A stretch of 64,000 bases of DNA from Proteromonas lacertae (Eukaryota). The DNA lies in NCBI GenBank assembly GCA_002245135.1, contig NGBS01001164.1, positions 248,001-312,000 of the forward strand, given 5' to 3'. The notes beneath the pieces are model-generated. The model was not told where the DNA came from. It did not search any database and saw nothing but the letters and a program-made list of their open reading frames with translations. Both the position numbers and the translations under genes were made by a program. Positions 25,719 through 39,875 of this stretch are shown here, one piece after another (positions within the stretch are counted from its first letter, which is position 1; each line of letters begins with the position of its first letter).

Positions 25719-25821
25719 TTTAAAAAATTACTTTTGAAATTGGTTTGTCACAAAGGATAGTTTTGATACACCCAAAACGGTTTTATATTTTTAAATTTCG
25801 TTTTTTTGAATTTTTCTACTC

Positions 25822-27187
25822 ATGAATTTCGATAAATATTTAGAAGCTGCTATGAAAAAGAAGGAACTTAACATCACAGAAGACGTATTGGATATATATT
25901 TTATCCTTTTTAGGAATCTCAAAAACTAAAAAAAGCATTCGAAGATCCAAAGTTCTGTGAAATGTTTGCTGATTATTTAAAAGAGATAGCTGATCCTAAA
26001 AACAGAGCAGTATATTCCTCATTTATAATTTTCTTTAGGAGCAAGAGGAATACATTCGTCAAATGGAACAACAAAATAGAATTCCTGAAGGTAAAGAAAT
26101 ATTCAGACCTAACCCTGGATTTGTCATAAAAACAAGAGATAATAATCAAAACAAAGTGTTCATAAACTTATGTTCTCATGACAAAGTAGGGAAAATGGAG
26201 CTTAAAAAGGTAGTGCAAAATGGCAAAGTAGGTATGTCATCCTCAATACCTTTAATGGTTGGTCCAATCAGAATGGAAAACGACAAACAGAATAAGCCAT
26301 GCGCAACTGTTGATGTATGTTTCAATCCAGAGACAATAACTAAATGCACATTCACCTCACAGCTAATGAATGCAGTGTGTATAACAGCAATTGAAAACGC
26401 TGAAAAGAGGTTTATTGAGAATGATCCAAAGTCTAAACTAGAGAGAACATATCATGTATTGAAGAATATAACATGTAAAGGTGAACAACCATCGATATTT
26501 ATGATTGGAAAAAAAGATGAAGAGAGTAGTAATAAAACTAGTAAAACAAATAAAAATACTCCACCACCTCCTTCATCAACTACTACTACTAATAATAAAT
26601 CATCACCTTCAATACCTCAACCACCATCAACATCAACTGAAGAGGATAAACCACCAATATTAGATGAATATGAAAAATCAAAGCCAAATGAAGAAACAAC
26701 ACGAAATTCATCACCTCCACTTCAACAAAATGGTCCTACTACTCCTAAATATACGATTATATATCGTGGTAATATTGAATTATCTGATATGTATAATGAT
26801 CCTCGTGTTTGTAATGGAAATAACATTCCAAAGGAATTAGTAGTGAAAATAGAATTACCTTTATTGAATGGCATTAGTAATGTTGAATTAGATATAAATG
26901 AAAAGTCATTGAAATTGAGTTGTAAAGAATATGTATTGGATATTCAATCATTGCCTTATCAAGTGAATGAAGAGAGAGGATCAGCTAAATTTGATAAGAA
27001 GACAAAAGTGTTACAAGTTGTTTTACCAGTAATTCCACCAAAACCAAAACCGTTAGTTACTGAAGTTAGTAAAGAAGGTGAAGAAGATGATGATGAAGAA
27101 GAAACAACAAACAATGAAGAAGATAACAAAAATAAGAAGGAAGAAGAAGAGAAACCTGTTGATCATTCTTATTTCGTAAAGAAGTAA
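25822..27187 (+). CDS. DNAAF2: Kintoun/PF13 PIH1-domain axonemal dynein assembly factor
   Basis: Spliced N-terminus LKKAFEDPKFCEMFADYLKEIADPKNR..EEYIRQME (kintoun-type), PIH1 motifs PNPGFVIKT and KVFINLC, CS-like domain with AKFDKKTKVLQVVLPV. Confidence 0.85.
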
Positions 27188-27328
27188 CTTAATTTTATTT
27201 TTTCCTAGTTGAATAATTTATTTTATGAAATTGCATTTCTTGAATTGTTTTTGTTATTTTGTAAAATAGAATAAGCTAAAATACATAATCATTTTGTATT
27301 TCTGTATTTCTGTATTTTTGAATTTTGA

Positions 27329-29194
27329 ATGTCTTGGGATCCAGAGTTCTTGAAACAGTTCGCTCCTTCTGAAGATAAATGGAAATGTCCAATATGCTTG
27401 GTTCTAAATGATAAATCTAATGAAAAATGTTGCAGTTGTGAAAATCCAAATCCAAATGTTAAATTGACAGCACAAAAGAGAAAAGCTGCAGACATTGAGC
27501 AGCCAACATCAAAAGTCGCAAAAACAGATAGTAAAGGTATAATTATATTTGTATTTTTATTATATTATATAGCATTACCCTTCAATTTCGGTACTGCTCC
27601 ATCCGCAACAACTACATCAGCTAATAGTGTTTTTAATTTTGGTACAGCAGCAACAACAACTTCAACAACAACAACAACACCTGCAATCAAACCAAATCTG
27701 TTCAATTTTGGTCCACTTCCAACTACTACTGACAATAAAGAAAAGGAAGACAATAAGGAAGATTCTAAGAAAGAAGATAGCGAGAAAGAAGATTGTAAGA
27801 AAAAAGAAACAAAACCCAAAAATACAAAGAAAAAGAATACAAAGAAGGAAGAGAATGAAAAGGTAGAAGAAGAAGAAGAAGAAGAAGAAAATGAAAAGAA
27901 AGAAGAAAAACCATCAAAATCAAAGAAAACCAAAGTAAAAGATAATAAAACAACAAAATCAACAAAACCAGAAAAAGCAACAGGTAATTCAAAGTTATAT
28001 ATGATGGGAAGCAATGAATTAGGTCAATTAGGAATACAATTTGAAGATGAAGATGAATATGAAGCTCAAATACCAACCATATTAGAAATACCAAAATGTA
28101 AAAATAGCATAATTCAACTTAGTTGTGGTTCAGTTCATAGCATTGCCTTATCAAGTGATGGAATATTATATTCATGGGGTTGTAATGATAAAGGAGCTTT
28201 AGGAAGAGATGGAAATGAGAAAATACCATTACCAGTAAAATCTGAATATTTTGATAATACAAAGATAACATCAATAAGTTGTGGGAGAAGTCATAGTTTA
28301 ATATTGAATGAAGATGGTGAAATATATAGTTGGGGAGTATATCAAGATGATCGTGGTGATATTGGATATGGTGGTAAGAATAAAGTAATGTTAAGACCAT
28401 GTAAAGTTCAACTACCGAAAGTATATTTTAATATTTATTTATATTAATATTTATAGGGTTGTAAGAAGGTAACTTATGTCCAAAGTGGTGGTGATTTTAC
28501 TATGTTTATTAGTGATAAAGGTGCTTTATATGGTATGGGAAGTAATGAACAATATCAATTAGGTAGAAAAACTTCTGATAGATTAAAAGAAGCTAATACA
28601 TTACCACATTTAGTTTCTATTCCATCACAAAAAGATAAGAATAACAAGTGTAAATCCGTTTTTTGTGGAGTTTATCATTGTATCTGTATATTGGAAAATG
28701 GTAATGTTTATGGTTGGGGACAGAATACAAGTGGACAACTTGGTATTGGTGATTATGAAAATAGATCAACTCCATCACTTATCCCTTTTTATAATAATGA
28801 AAAAGATGGAAAAAATATTAAAAAAGCAAAGGAATTTGGATGTGGTATGCATTTTACTGTCTGTTTATGTGAAGATGGTACCGTCTATGGGTGTGGATCT
28901 ACCTCCTATGGTAAATTAGGTTTAGGTGAGTTGAAGAAAGAAGATATTTCAAAATCTACACCAACTCAAATACCTTCGTTAAATCATATAGTAAATATTG
29001 CTGCTGGTTGCGATCATTCATTGGCTATTAATGACAAGGGACAGTTATTCTGTTGGGGATTTAATGAGACTTTTCAATTAGGCACTGGAGAAGATCATGA
29101 TGAACTTACTCCAAGACTATTGGATATAAACAAGGAAAGAGTAGTTAAAATAAGTTGCGGAACTCAACATTCTGGGTGTATAACAGAAATATAA
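27329..29194 (+). CDS. RCC1 beta-propeller protein with N-terminal RanBP2-type zinc finger and FNFG repeats
   Basis: WKCPICLVLN..NEKCCSCENPNP, basic KRKA, three FNFG motifs, charged linker, then RCC1 repeats (GSNELGQLG, YSWGCNDKGALGR, GWGQNTSGQLG, CGTQHS). Confidence 0.9.
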
Positions 29195-29398
29195 AATATA
29201 ACAATTATTATTTTGATTTTTATGTTTTGAAATTGTTGAATTATGTTTGTAGTATTGAAATTTAACTCATAAAACTGTGAATTGAATTTAATTCATTCAA
29301 AATTATTTGTTTATCAATAACGTATATACTCATTACTCTGACATATAGTATTATCAATAGAAATTACAAAACAAATAACGAATAAAACAATAATCATG

Positions 29399-29410
29399 TT
29401 TGGCGGGAAA
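29399..29410. promoter_or_regulatory. E2F/DP-type site TTTGGCGGGAAA
   Basis: Reverse complement contains TTTCCCGC. It lies about 57 bp upstream of the importin ATG at 29467. Confidence 0.55.
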
Positions 29411-29466
29411 ATCAAGCTTCTCAAACATTTGCATTTTGTATTTGAAGCTAAATCACATTACTCAAC

Positions 29467-32400
29467 ATGATTTCGTATTAGATAAACTCATATATACAAT
29501 ATAGTAATGATATTATGAAACAATTGATTGGAGGTTTCTCCTCTAACGATAATAACATTCGTAAAGAAGTATAGTTCTTATAAATCGCATTTTCATAGGC
29601 AGAAAAAATGTATAATGAAGCAGTAGAAAAACAAGAAGGTGAAGTATCTTTAATTTAGATTTATTGATAGGTTTTAAATAGTTTAGTTGCATTGATTGGT
29701 GATGCTGATATTACTATTAGATCATATACTTGCATCTTATTAAAGAAAATTATTGTGAAGAAAGAAGTTAAAGATTATCCTCTTGAATTTTGGAAATCAA
29801 GTATATTTATGTTTAACTTTTTTTTTTGTGAATAGTTCAAAGTATTTTACTTCAAGCATTATTAAAAGAAGACCAAATTGTAGTTGGTAAACAATTAGTA
29901 TATGCCTGCTCAACAATGAAAGCAGTAGGTGTTGCATGGCAAGAATTGATATTAGCAATAAATGAAATATGTGGTTCAGCTGATCCAAAGAGAAAAGAGC
30001 TTGGATTATTGTTAATCAGTGCTTTGATAGAAGATGAAGATGAAGACTTGTTAAAAATATCTTCGCACATCATAGAATTCATCTCCAACATTATTCGAAC
30101 TCCAACCTCAGAACCAACTTTAATTGAAAAATCAGTGTCTAGTTTATGTTCAATAGTGACTATATGCAATCAGAATAGTGCTGAATGGAGACAAATATCT
30201 CCATTATTTGCACATGTATTACAAAGGATAGCCAATTTGATAGATTCAGGTGATGAAGATTTAGCTCGAAATTGCTTTGAATATTTAACTGATATTGCTA
30301 AGTATATTTATATTGTTGTTATTAATTCATATAGTCAATTTCCAACATTTTTAAGACAACATTTACAAAGTCTATTCACATTATGTATCAAAGTTGGTAT
30401 GAATAAAGACTTGGATGGAGAAACACGAAGAATCTCAATGGAAGTAATCGATTGTTTATCAGAGAATGGATCAGGAATGTTGAGAAAGAATAAACAATTA
30501 TTACAGCAATATGTAGAAGGTTTAATTCAATTATTAAATGAAGTAGAATTTGCTGAAGATTGGGAAAATTGTGATAATAATTATGATGGTGATATGCGTA
30601 TATATATTATAGTTATTTATTTATTTATTAGCTGCTTTTGCTAGAGATATTCTTGATCATTTCACAAGTAAGATAGGATTTAAAACAATGTTACCATTTA
30701 TCACTGTAACAGTCCCTAATTTATTGACTAATAACGATTGGTTAGTGAGATATACAGCTTTAGAAACATTAAGTGTATTTGTGAGTAGTTTAAATCATCA
30801 AATGGAAGACTTATTAGATAATATTGTTCCACCAATCTTCCACTTCTTAGAAGATGAAAATATCCATGTGAAATACATTACATTAGACACATTTGAATCA
30901 TTTATAATGAATTTTGACACATTATTCCATGAGAAATTCTTCGACAATATGATGTTAGCATATAACAAGTTATTATTCACCGAATTGCCAATCAAATTAT
31001 ATGCGAAAGTAGCTCAAGGTGTAGAAATATTATGTGGTGATGTAGAAATAATGAAAGGACATATGGTGAATGGTTTAGATTTACCACAATTCATTGAGAA
31101 GTTCTTTGTGATGTTAGGATGTGATAAAATATCTGTAGAAGAAAGTGCTTTATCTGCCTATCTCTGCATTAGCTACAATTTATGATTTAAGTAGTTATTA
31201 TGAAAGATTAATGCCATCATTATTAACATTATTACAAATGAATGGTGCTAGTAGTAGTGATAATGGAGAAAAGAATTTAATTAGTTTAAAGACAAGAGTA
31301 TTAGAATGTATAGCCAACTTTGTAGCATTAATCCCACCACAAAATTATAATACAGCAGTTGTACCAATATTACAGATACTATTAAGTAGAAATAATGGTT
31401 CACCAATTCAATATGAAGATCCATTATGTGCTGATATAATAGATACCTGTGGAAAGATTGCTGCAAATATGAAATCTGAATTCTTACCCTATTTCGACTT
31501 AATCTTTCCAGCAATTCGACAAATGGCTTCTCAAGTAATTAAATATGAAATGGAAGAAATACCAGAGAATGAAGTGGATGAAATACAAGAAGATGGTGAA
31601 ATGGAAGAAGGTGTAGAATCATTTCGATTTGAAAAGAATGGTACTTCATATAGAATAAAGTTCAATAGTACAGCAGTAGAAGAGAAGATGCAAGGATGTA
31701 TATTTTTAAGACATTACTGTAATGTATTTGGTAGAGATTTCTTTAAATATATGCAAGAGTCTTTACCAATAGTAAGTGAGATGTTACATACAACATATTA
31801 TGAAGGATTAAGACAAGAAGCATCAAACACATTAACATCATTCTTAAAATGTGTTCTTTTCCATGAAAAAGAGAATTGTGGAGGTGTATATAATGATACA
31901 TCCGCATTATTATCCACTCTAATTACTGCTTTATTAAAACAATTGAAAATAGAAGATGATGTTGAAACAATCACAACATTATTAGATAATTTAGCAGAAA
32001 CAGTGAGAATCAGTTATCAAAGTGGTGGTTTGAAATCAGCAGGTAAATACAATCCACCAGTTGTATTAGTACCATTAGATGTAGCTAATAACGTAATTGA
32101 AGAATTAGTAGAAAGAGCTAAAGAAAGTATTGGTAGAAGAGATGATTTATTTAATGAAGCCAATGAAAATGAAGATTTTGATGAAGAAACAAAAGATGAA
32201 TTATTACAAGAAATGGATAATGAAGATGCAGTAATGATTAATTTGATTGATTCAATTGGTTATTTATTAAAAGAACATCAATTAGCATTGTGGGATACAT
32301 TTGAGAGTAAAATATCACCATTTTTACAAGCATTATTAGCTAGACAAGATTCTGATACCTTGCCATTAAATGCATTGTTCTTATATGAAGATAGTATTGA

Positions 32401-33040
32401 ACATATGTTACCTAATAGTAAGAAATATGTACAATTGACTTATGATTTAATATTAAAAGAAATACAAATCGAAAAACCAACTCATGTTCAAGCCTCAATA
32501 TATGGCTTGGGTGTTATTGCTCAACATCATCAAGATTTTATACATTCACAACCATTAATAGAGAAACAAATGTGTGAATTAATAGTTAAATACATTGGAG
32601 GATGTGAACAAGGTGGTGAAGATTATATTTATGCATTAGAAAATGCTGTTTCATCATTATGTAAATTTTTAGTGAATAGCACAACTGACATTAAAAACAA
32701 TTTGACTTTGTGGGAAGTTTGGTTAAATCATTTACCCTTAGTACGTGATAGTGAAGAAGCAATGATTGACCATAGAGTATTAATTGATTTAATATGTAAT
32801 AAACATCCATTAACAACAAATAGTAATAATATTAATCAAATTGTTAAAGTATTATTGAGATGCTCTATTAATTATGTTGATCCTGATGGAGATGAGATTG
32901 AGTTATTGGATGGTGAATGTAAGAGTAAATTGAAAGAAGTTATACTTGCTTTACCAAATAGTGCACAAGTTGTTCCTGTTGTTTTAACTCAATTCACACC
33001 AGAAGAACAAAATAAAATTAACCAAGTTTTATCTTCGTAG
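29467..33040 (+). CDS. Importin-beta family karyopherin, importin-5/Kap121-like (one +1 frameshift near 31159)
   Basis: N-terminal SNDNNIRKEAEKMYN and HEAT repeats throughout. It has IKFNSTAVEEKMQGC, ALENAVSSLCK and WLNHLPLVRDSEEA, which are typical of IPO5/IPO4. Confidence 0.85.
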
Positions 33041-33112
33041 AGAAATGTTATATCAAAATTAAAAAGGTATGTAATTATTGTTTCTTTTTGATATTTTTTT
33101 TTTAATATATAA

Positions 33113-36100
33113 TCATTCTATATTATTAAATGAATATGATAATTCTTTCTTTTCTTCTTCTGATATTCCATCTATCTCTATTTCAATAATGAATGTAAAT
33201 GATTCTAAAAATTCATGTAATTCAGATTTATCTATATCTTCTTTTAATGTTATTGATAAACAATCTAAATATTCAAATACTTCTTTGTTTTCTTTCATCA
33301 ACCTTAATCCACTTTCATCTAATTCATTTCCTGATATATTTATCGCTCCTAACGGTTTGTAATCTTTTAATCTTTTTATTAATTCTTTTAACCCTTTTAC
33401 ACTCATTCCAATATCTATACAATATATAAAATAACATTATTATTCATAAAATACTTGAAAGAGTAAGTAATGATGGGAAATCAATATATTTATCTAAATG
33501 TTTACATATTATTTCTATTCCATCATCTCCAATCGGGTTATTGGATATTGAAATATATTCAACAATATCTTTCTGTAAAGAATCCATTAACTCTTTTAAT
33601 CTTTTTGGGGTAATTTGACTATTGGATAAATGAAGTTTTGTATAACTAATCTGTTTTATTAATGAAATGTGAGAATCATTAATATTCATATCTATATCAA
33701 TAGCAAAAAATAATATAATATTACTGGAAAAATCAAAATTTTTATTATAATAACTTCTTTTCTTTTTAATACAATAATTCAAATAATATTTCAATTCTTC
33801 ATTTCACCATGATAAACATTTCATTTTTATAAATGGATAATCTTTATTTTCTATTGTAATTGAACATATTGATTTCAAACCTTTCATTGTGATTTTATTT
33901 CCATTTAGATTTATTAATCTATATTTCTTAATGAAATTAAGTTTACTTGTTAATAATACTGTACTTTCATCATTTATTGACATATTGTTCAATCTCATTT
34001 CACTCTCATAATCTTTAAATATACTTAAATTGGCTATTAATAATTTAAATCCAGCATTACCAATTGGATTATCTAATAAAGAAATTATCTATTTAAGAAA
34101 TCATAAAATTATATTATATACCATGAATGAGTAATCTATCAATATTATCATTTTCTTTCATATAATTCATCAAATATTCTAATCCATCTGAATCTATAAC
34201 ATTACCACTTATATCAAGTTCAATCTGTATATTAACATTCTTTAAACCATCTAATAAATACTTTAATCCAATGAAAGATAATCCCATTCCTATTCAATAT
34301 ATATCAGCTGCAATTATACTTGAACTAACAATTCTATTTAAGAAATCTTTTGATAAATGTATATGTTGAGATAATAATTTCATTCCTTCATCTCCTATTT
34401 CATTTCCATACAACTGAAGTATTTTTAATTTTGGAAGTGAAGATAAATTTCTAATCAGTATCTCTATACTTTTGTATGTTAGTTTATTATCAAAATAACA
34501 GAAAAATATCAAATTATACTTCTCAAATCCAATTCTTTAACTTCTCCCAATTCATTTGATCTTAAAGAAATGAATGATTTAAAAAAATTATCATCTATTC
34601 CACAATTAATCAAATAAAAATATTTGATGCATTTGACCAATTCTGGAATATCTTTGTCAATCAATAATTTTTTACATTCATTTAAAAGTAATGATATATT
34701 AGAAATAGGAAATTTCGAGAATAATGCTTTGAATCCTTTTGAATGAATATTCCAGTTCAATCTAATATCTATTTTCTTAAGATTTGGATATTTATATAAT
34801 TCATTTGATAATAATATCATTGATTCATCAGTTAAATTCATTCCATAAAGATTCAATTCATTTTTTTTGTTGATTAATAAATGCAAATATGGAAGTAATA
34901 ATTTGAATCCTTTAGGTTCAATTGTATTTACTATTTCAGAATAATAAAAAAATATAAAATACATGTAAGATTTACATGTTTTAATTTCATGAATGGAATT
35001 GATTCTATAAATGATCCAATGAAACTAGAAGTTAGACTGCAGCGTGATAAATCTAATTCTTCTAAATTTGGTAATTGGATTAAATATGATTGAAATAATA
35101 ACTGTTTGTAAAGTGGAATGTTAATACTGACTATATAAAAATAAACTATGGAATTATACAAAATGAGAGTTTTGTTGGATTAATTAATTCTATTATTCTA
35201 AGCAAATAATTCAACCCTTCTTCATATAAACAAACACAATCTGAATTAGCAACAATTCTTTTATCATCCCTATTAACTCTCCATTCCATACTGAATATCA
35301 TTTTATCTAAATAACATCCTTTATTCTTTTTACATTGATGATGAATTCGAAATTTCAATCCATTTTTAATTGATATATATTTTTCGTATGATTTCATTAT
35401 TAATAACATTGATAATATTCTCTCATTAGGCTTTCTATTATATGATTCTATCAAATTATCTTTTAGAATTATATTGAATTTCTCACTTTTAATATAGTAT
35501 TCTGTTTGAGAAATTAACATATGGTGATATCTCTAATGTAATAATCATTATTATATAATATTTCTTTTCTTTCATTATATATCATCATATTTTCATTTTT
35601 ATCTCTCAATATCTCATTCATCTTTATTATTTCTTTTCTCAATTCTTTTAAACTCAATCTATCTTTACTTTTCACTTTCAACATTATATTAACCATTTCT
35701 TTCATCATATCATCACATTCTACATCAATACTATATTTACATTTCAGAATGTTATGCATTGTTTTCATCACATCATTTTCATCTTTAAAAGGTAATTTCT
35801 TGTTAATCATTTCATATAATATACAGCCAATTGACCACACCACACTTTTATCATTACATTCTAATCCATTTACTTCTTCAGGGCTTTTGAAACACATATC
35901 GATATATTCTATAATCTTCTTTCTTTCTTATTAAATTCAAGAATAAATCACATATCTTTATATTGTTATTAATCTCAATTGTAATATTTGAACTCTTTAA
36001 ATTATCTACTATTAAACCATATTCACTCATTATCATCAAAATATCACATATTGAACATATTATACTACAAATATCATCACTTGAATATGATTCATTATGA

Positions 36101-36429
36101 ATTATCTCTTCTAAATCTTTTGAATAATAAGTTTCTCTCATATATCATCATATTACTACCGATTATTCGACAAAGTCAGATGAATAAGTTATGTTACAAC
36201 AACACTCTGACAAGTATGAGGTATTAATTAGGAATGATTCTCTGTCAATCTCTTTTATATTTTCTATAATGAATATCTTTATCATCTTCATATCATTTTG
36301 ATGCACAACTGTTAAAGATACTTCATCATTACTCTTTTTGATTGTTCTTTTTATCTATTTCAAAGATATATAAAACAATTACTATACTTCTACCTCAGGT
36401 GATAATAAAAAATTAATCAAATTATTCAT
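33113..36429 (-). pseudogene. Pseudokinase-LRR copy C (full length, with several frameshifts/stop; may be intact if indels are assembly errors)
   Basis: Kinase-like DNLKSSN, CDLF, FKSPEE and WSIGCILYEM, then a linker (FRIHHQCKKNK) and RNI-like LRRs ending in the shared C-terminus. Frame breaks occur near 36170, 36130, 35901, 35517 and 33805. Confidence 0.75.
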
Positions 36430-36863
36430 ATATGACTGCTAAACAAGACATATTTATAAAACAAAAAAATAGTTTCAAAATATAGAGTCGTTTCATTTTG
36501 AATTTTGAATTTTTGGTCTTTATATACATGAATAAATAGAAAATACTATTAAATACTTAGATAATTGAATAATGAAATAACAGAAAACTTGTAAATGAGA
36601 GTAAACACAATAATAAAAGGTTTACTTGGGAATTAAATGAAATGTTTAAAGATATTGAATGTTCTCCCTCTAACGATAATAACTCTTAGAATTGAATGAT
36701 TTTCAGTGTTTAGAATAAAGTTATACATTATTTATTCTCTACACTGTCAAAAACTTTTATATATGACATATACATTCTATTTTATTGGTGAATAATAGCA
36801 ACAGAATAATAAAGAAAAAGTTCTTTATATATATATATATATATATTATATAATCTATTAAAA

Positions 36864-38248
36864 TTAGTTATTAATATCTTTAATATAAATTTTCAACCCT
36901 TTATTAGGATGGATTGATATAATTTTACTTTTAATTTTCTCATAATCACACATTTTATTTCCAAAAAGCCATAATCTCTCTAATTTTGGAAGATCAACGA
37001 TATGATCACTCAAATAATTAAAACCAACACTAGATATTTGATTAGCAGTCACTTCTAGCTGTGTCAAATTAGGAGTTTCTTTCAAATGGTCACTTAATAA
37101 TTTTAAACCATCATCACTAATCTGATTTCCAAATAACCATAATATCGATAATTTTGGTATAAACTTCAAATGTTCACATAATTTCTTTAATCCATCATTC
37201 GTTATACCATTTGTTCTCAATAATAATTTCGTTATTCCATTCATTTCAGTTATTTTTTCACATAAATAAGATATACCTAAATCACTAATTCTACAACCAT
37301 TAAAATCTAATTCTGTTTTATTCCACGGGTTGTATTCACTTGTTTTTGTATCAATTAATTGTCTTATAGTCTTATCTAATCCTGGATATTTATTATTTAA
37401 ATCATTATTTTGGTTGATTTTGTATATTAGTTTAATCTCTTTAATGATTTTGTTTATATTTAATCTTTCATCGACTCTCTTTTATTAATAACTTCGAGAT
37501 TAATTCATTTAAATCATTCTCTTCCAATTTCTCATAATTACAGTTACATACATTATTAATCACTTCCATTATTGATTTACCGTTAAATGGATTCTTACCA
37601 CTCACTAAATAGTATAAAACACAACCAAAACAGAATAAAGTCACTTTCTTTCTTTAACTCTTTTTCACAAAGTGTTTCTGGACTTAAATAATGACAATTA
37701 GACATAGTCACTGGAATTCCATTTTGTGTATTAATATACAACATATTTTCACAATAATCACTTAATATAAAATGACCAGTTTCTGTGATTAATATGTTTG
37801 AAGGTTTTATATTACCATGAGTAAATTCATATCGATGCAATTGATGTATTGCTTCACTTATCTCGTTTAACAGAGGATATAATCCTTGTTCTTTGAAATT
37901 ACTTATTGGATTGATTGAATTGAGAGAATCTTGATATTGGTTCATAGACACGAATATATATCCATTCTGTTTTTCTATTGTACTGTATTTTACTAATGGA
38001 GAATAAGATAACGCTTGGATTCGTTGTATGGTAGTAATATATGTATCAACTGTTCCTGGTGGTATTGAAACAATTGAAAAACTTTTAATTAGCTCTAATG
38101 AATTTCTTTTGGTGTTTTGTACAAGATATAGCACACTATTATTACCATTATGTAAAGGATGTACAATCTATTGAAAATTATACATCTAATATACTTTATA
38201 TTTCTCGCACAATGGTAATCCAGGTATAGTCGATACTCCTGAACCCAT
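36864..38248 (-). CDS. Putatively myristoylated pseudokinase-LRR protein (two +1 frameshifts near 37638 and 37477)
   Basis: Starts MGSGVS (G2/S6). Catalytic loop HGNIKPSN, SDYC in place of DFG, YLSPE, then RNI-like LRRs (LWLFGNQISDDG). Confidence 0.75.
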
Positions 38249-38402
38249 TAATTCATCAAAAAAATAAAAACGAAAAACTATAAAAGCGAAACGGATATAT
38301 TTTTAATTTATCATTTTATTAAAACAAATGAAATTTATAAATATAAAATTAAAAAACATACTTTATACAGGGAATTCTTTAAATTAGTATCTCAAAACAA
38401 TC

Positions 38403-39501
38403 TTAATTATTACAATTATTCTTTTTACATTGAACTATATGTTTGGATAACAATAAAGGTTTACAACTAACACCATGACATATAGGACATTGAAATTCTG
38501 GAGGATTCTTTTTTTCAAATACAAAAACACTGAGAATTGAATCATTAATAGAACTTCTTAATGACATAAATGAATTAACAAACGATGTAGGATAATGTGG
38601 TTTAATACAATCCAATAACTTTTCAATTATAGATTTATATACATACTGACTAGTGTCTATATATATATACATATAATAATAATAATAATAATATAATACA
38701 ATCTAAATACCATTCTAACAATGTAGGATGGTGTATTTTATTACCTCCATCCATTAATGTATCTAAAAGTTCATGTATTTGATCACTATCTAAACTAACT
38801 CGCAGTATCTTTGATAAAAATAAATCTGCGTCATTATAACTAATGAAATCTCTATCTACAGGTTTGAAACAACTACATAATAAATTGAAGATCTTTATTC
38901 TTATATGCAAATCTTCATTTTTGTTTTGCAGTATTTCTATTAGATTGCTTAGTTCTCTATTTATTGGATTATATATGTATCTTTTATAGTTCTTATTTTT
39001 CATTAAAGACTGGATATAATTCCAACTTGCACTATTATCAAAACATTCTTTTTTAATTGTGTATTTTGAACACTATATATAAATTATAATTCTATAATTA
39101 TACTTGCCTATTCCTTTCTCTGGCTCTTATCTTCTTCATTACCATATATCTTCTAAAAGCAGCTTGTATTACTATAACTTCATGCTCTACACTTCTTTTC
39201 TAACAATTTTATAACCATAAATTCATACTAAGGTAGTATGTTTCAATTCTGAGCCAACATCCAGCAGAAGGTTACGAATTACTGTATTTGATGTCATTTG
39301 TGAGTATTTAGATGTTCTTGAGGTTGGACTAAGTGGTGTAGCAGATAAATTAGAAAATGTGTGTGATCTTTCAAAAAACTTAGAGGATTTAGGAGTAACT
39401 GATATCGGTCTAACCTTCGTCAGATTTCTCGAAGATGAATTAGTTTCGCTGTGATTTCTCAAAGAAAACAACAGACTACCTGTTGATTTGTAGGATGTCA
39501 T
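38403..39501 (-). CDS. IQ-motif / EF-hand-like / zinc-finger protein (copy 2)
   Basis: VIVIQAAFRRYMV IQ motif, LLLDVGSELK, C-terminal FQCPICHGVSCKPLLLSKHIVQC. Confidence 0.65.
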
Positions 39502-39875
39502 GATAAAAAATCCTAAAATGCTACAACTACATAAAACGACTCTATTTTTACTATTGAAAATGATTTTCTTAATTGCTTCTATAAGGAATAGAAAATTAGC
39601 AAGTACATACCATCAATACACCAGACAATTTTATATTTATACATATTGTATATTATTTTATTTACAAGAATACTAAATTGCTTTCGTCAGCAATTTGTTT
39701 ATTTAATTCACTACACCATACATCTAAAAAGTATTATTCCTATATAATAAATTATTTTATTGAATAATTCTTTGTTTTTATTCTTACAAAGAATATTATA
39801 AGTATAAATAAAAATAGGAAAAATATTTAAACACAGAATTAATATTTAACTATTTACAAACACGAATATATTTAC

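Noticed and set aside
27175..27275. Polyadenylation-created stop codons (Blastocystis-type) or an extra DNAAF2 terminal exon
   Set aside because: The genes modelled here have genomic stops. An alternative spliced end (FLNNLFYEI...) is possible but cannot be supported without transcripts.
29540..29556. 17-nt match cctctaacgataataac between importin exon 2 and intergenic 36667-36683
   Set aside because: A single short AT-rich match with no flanking similarity, so chance cannot be excluded.
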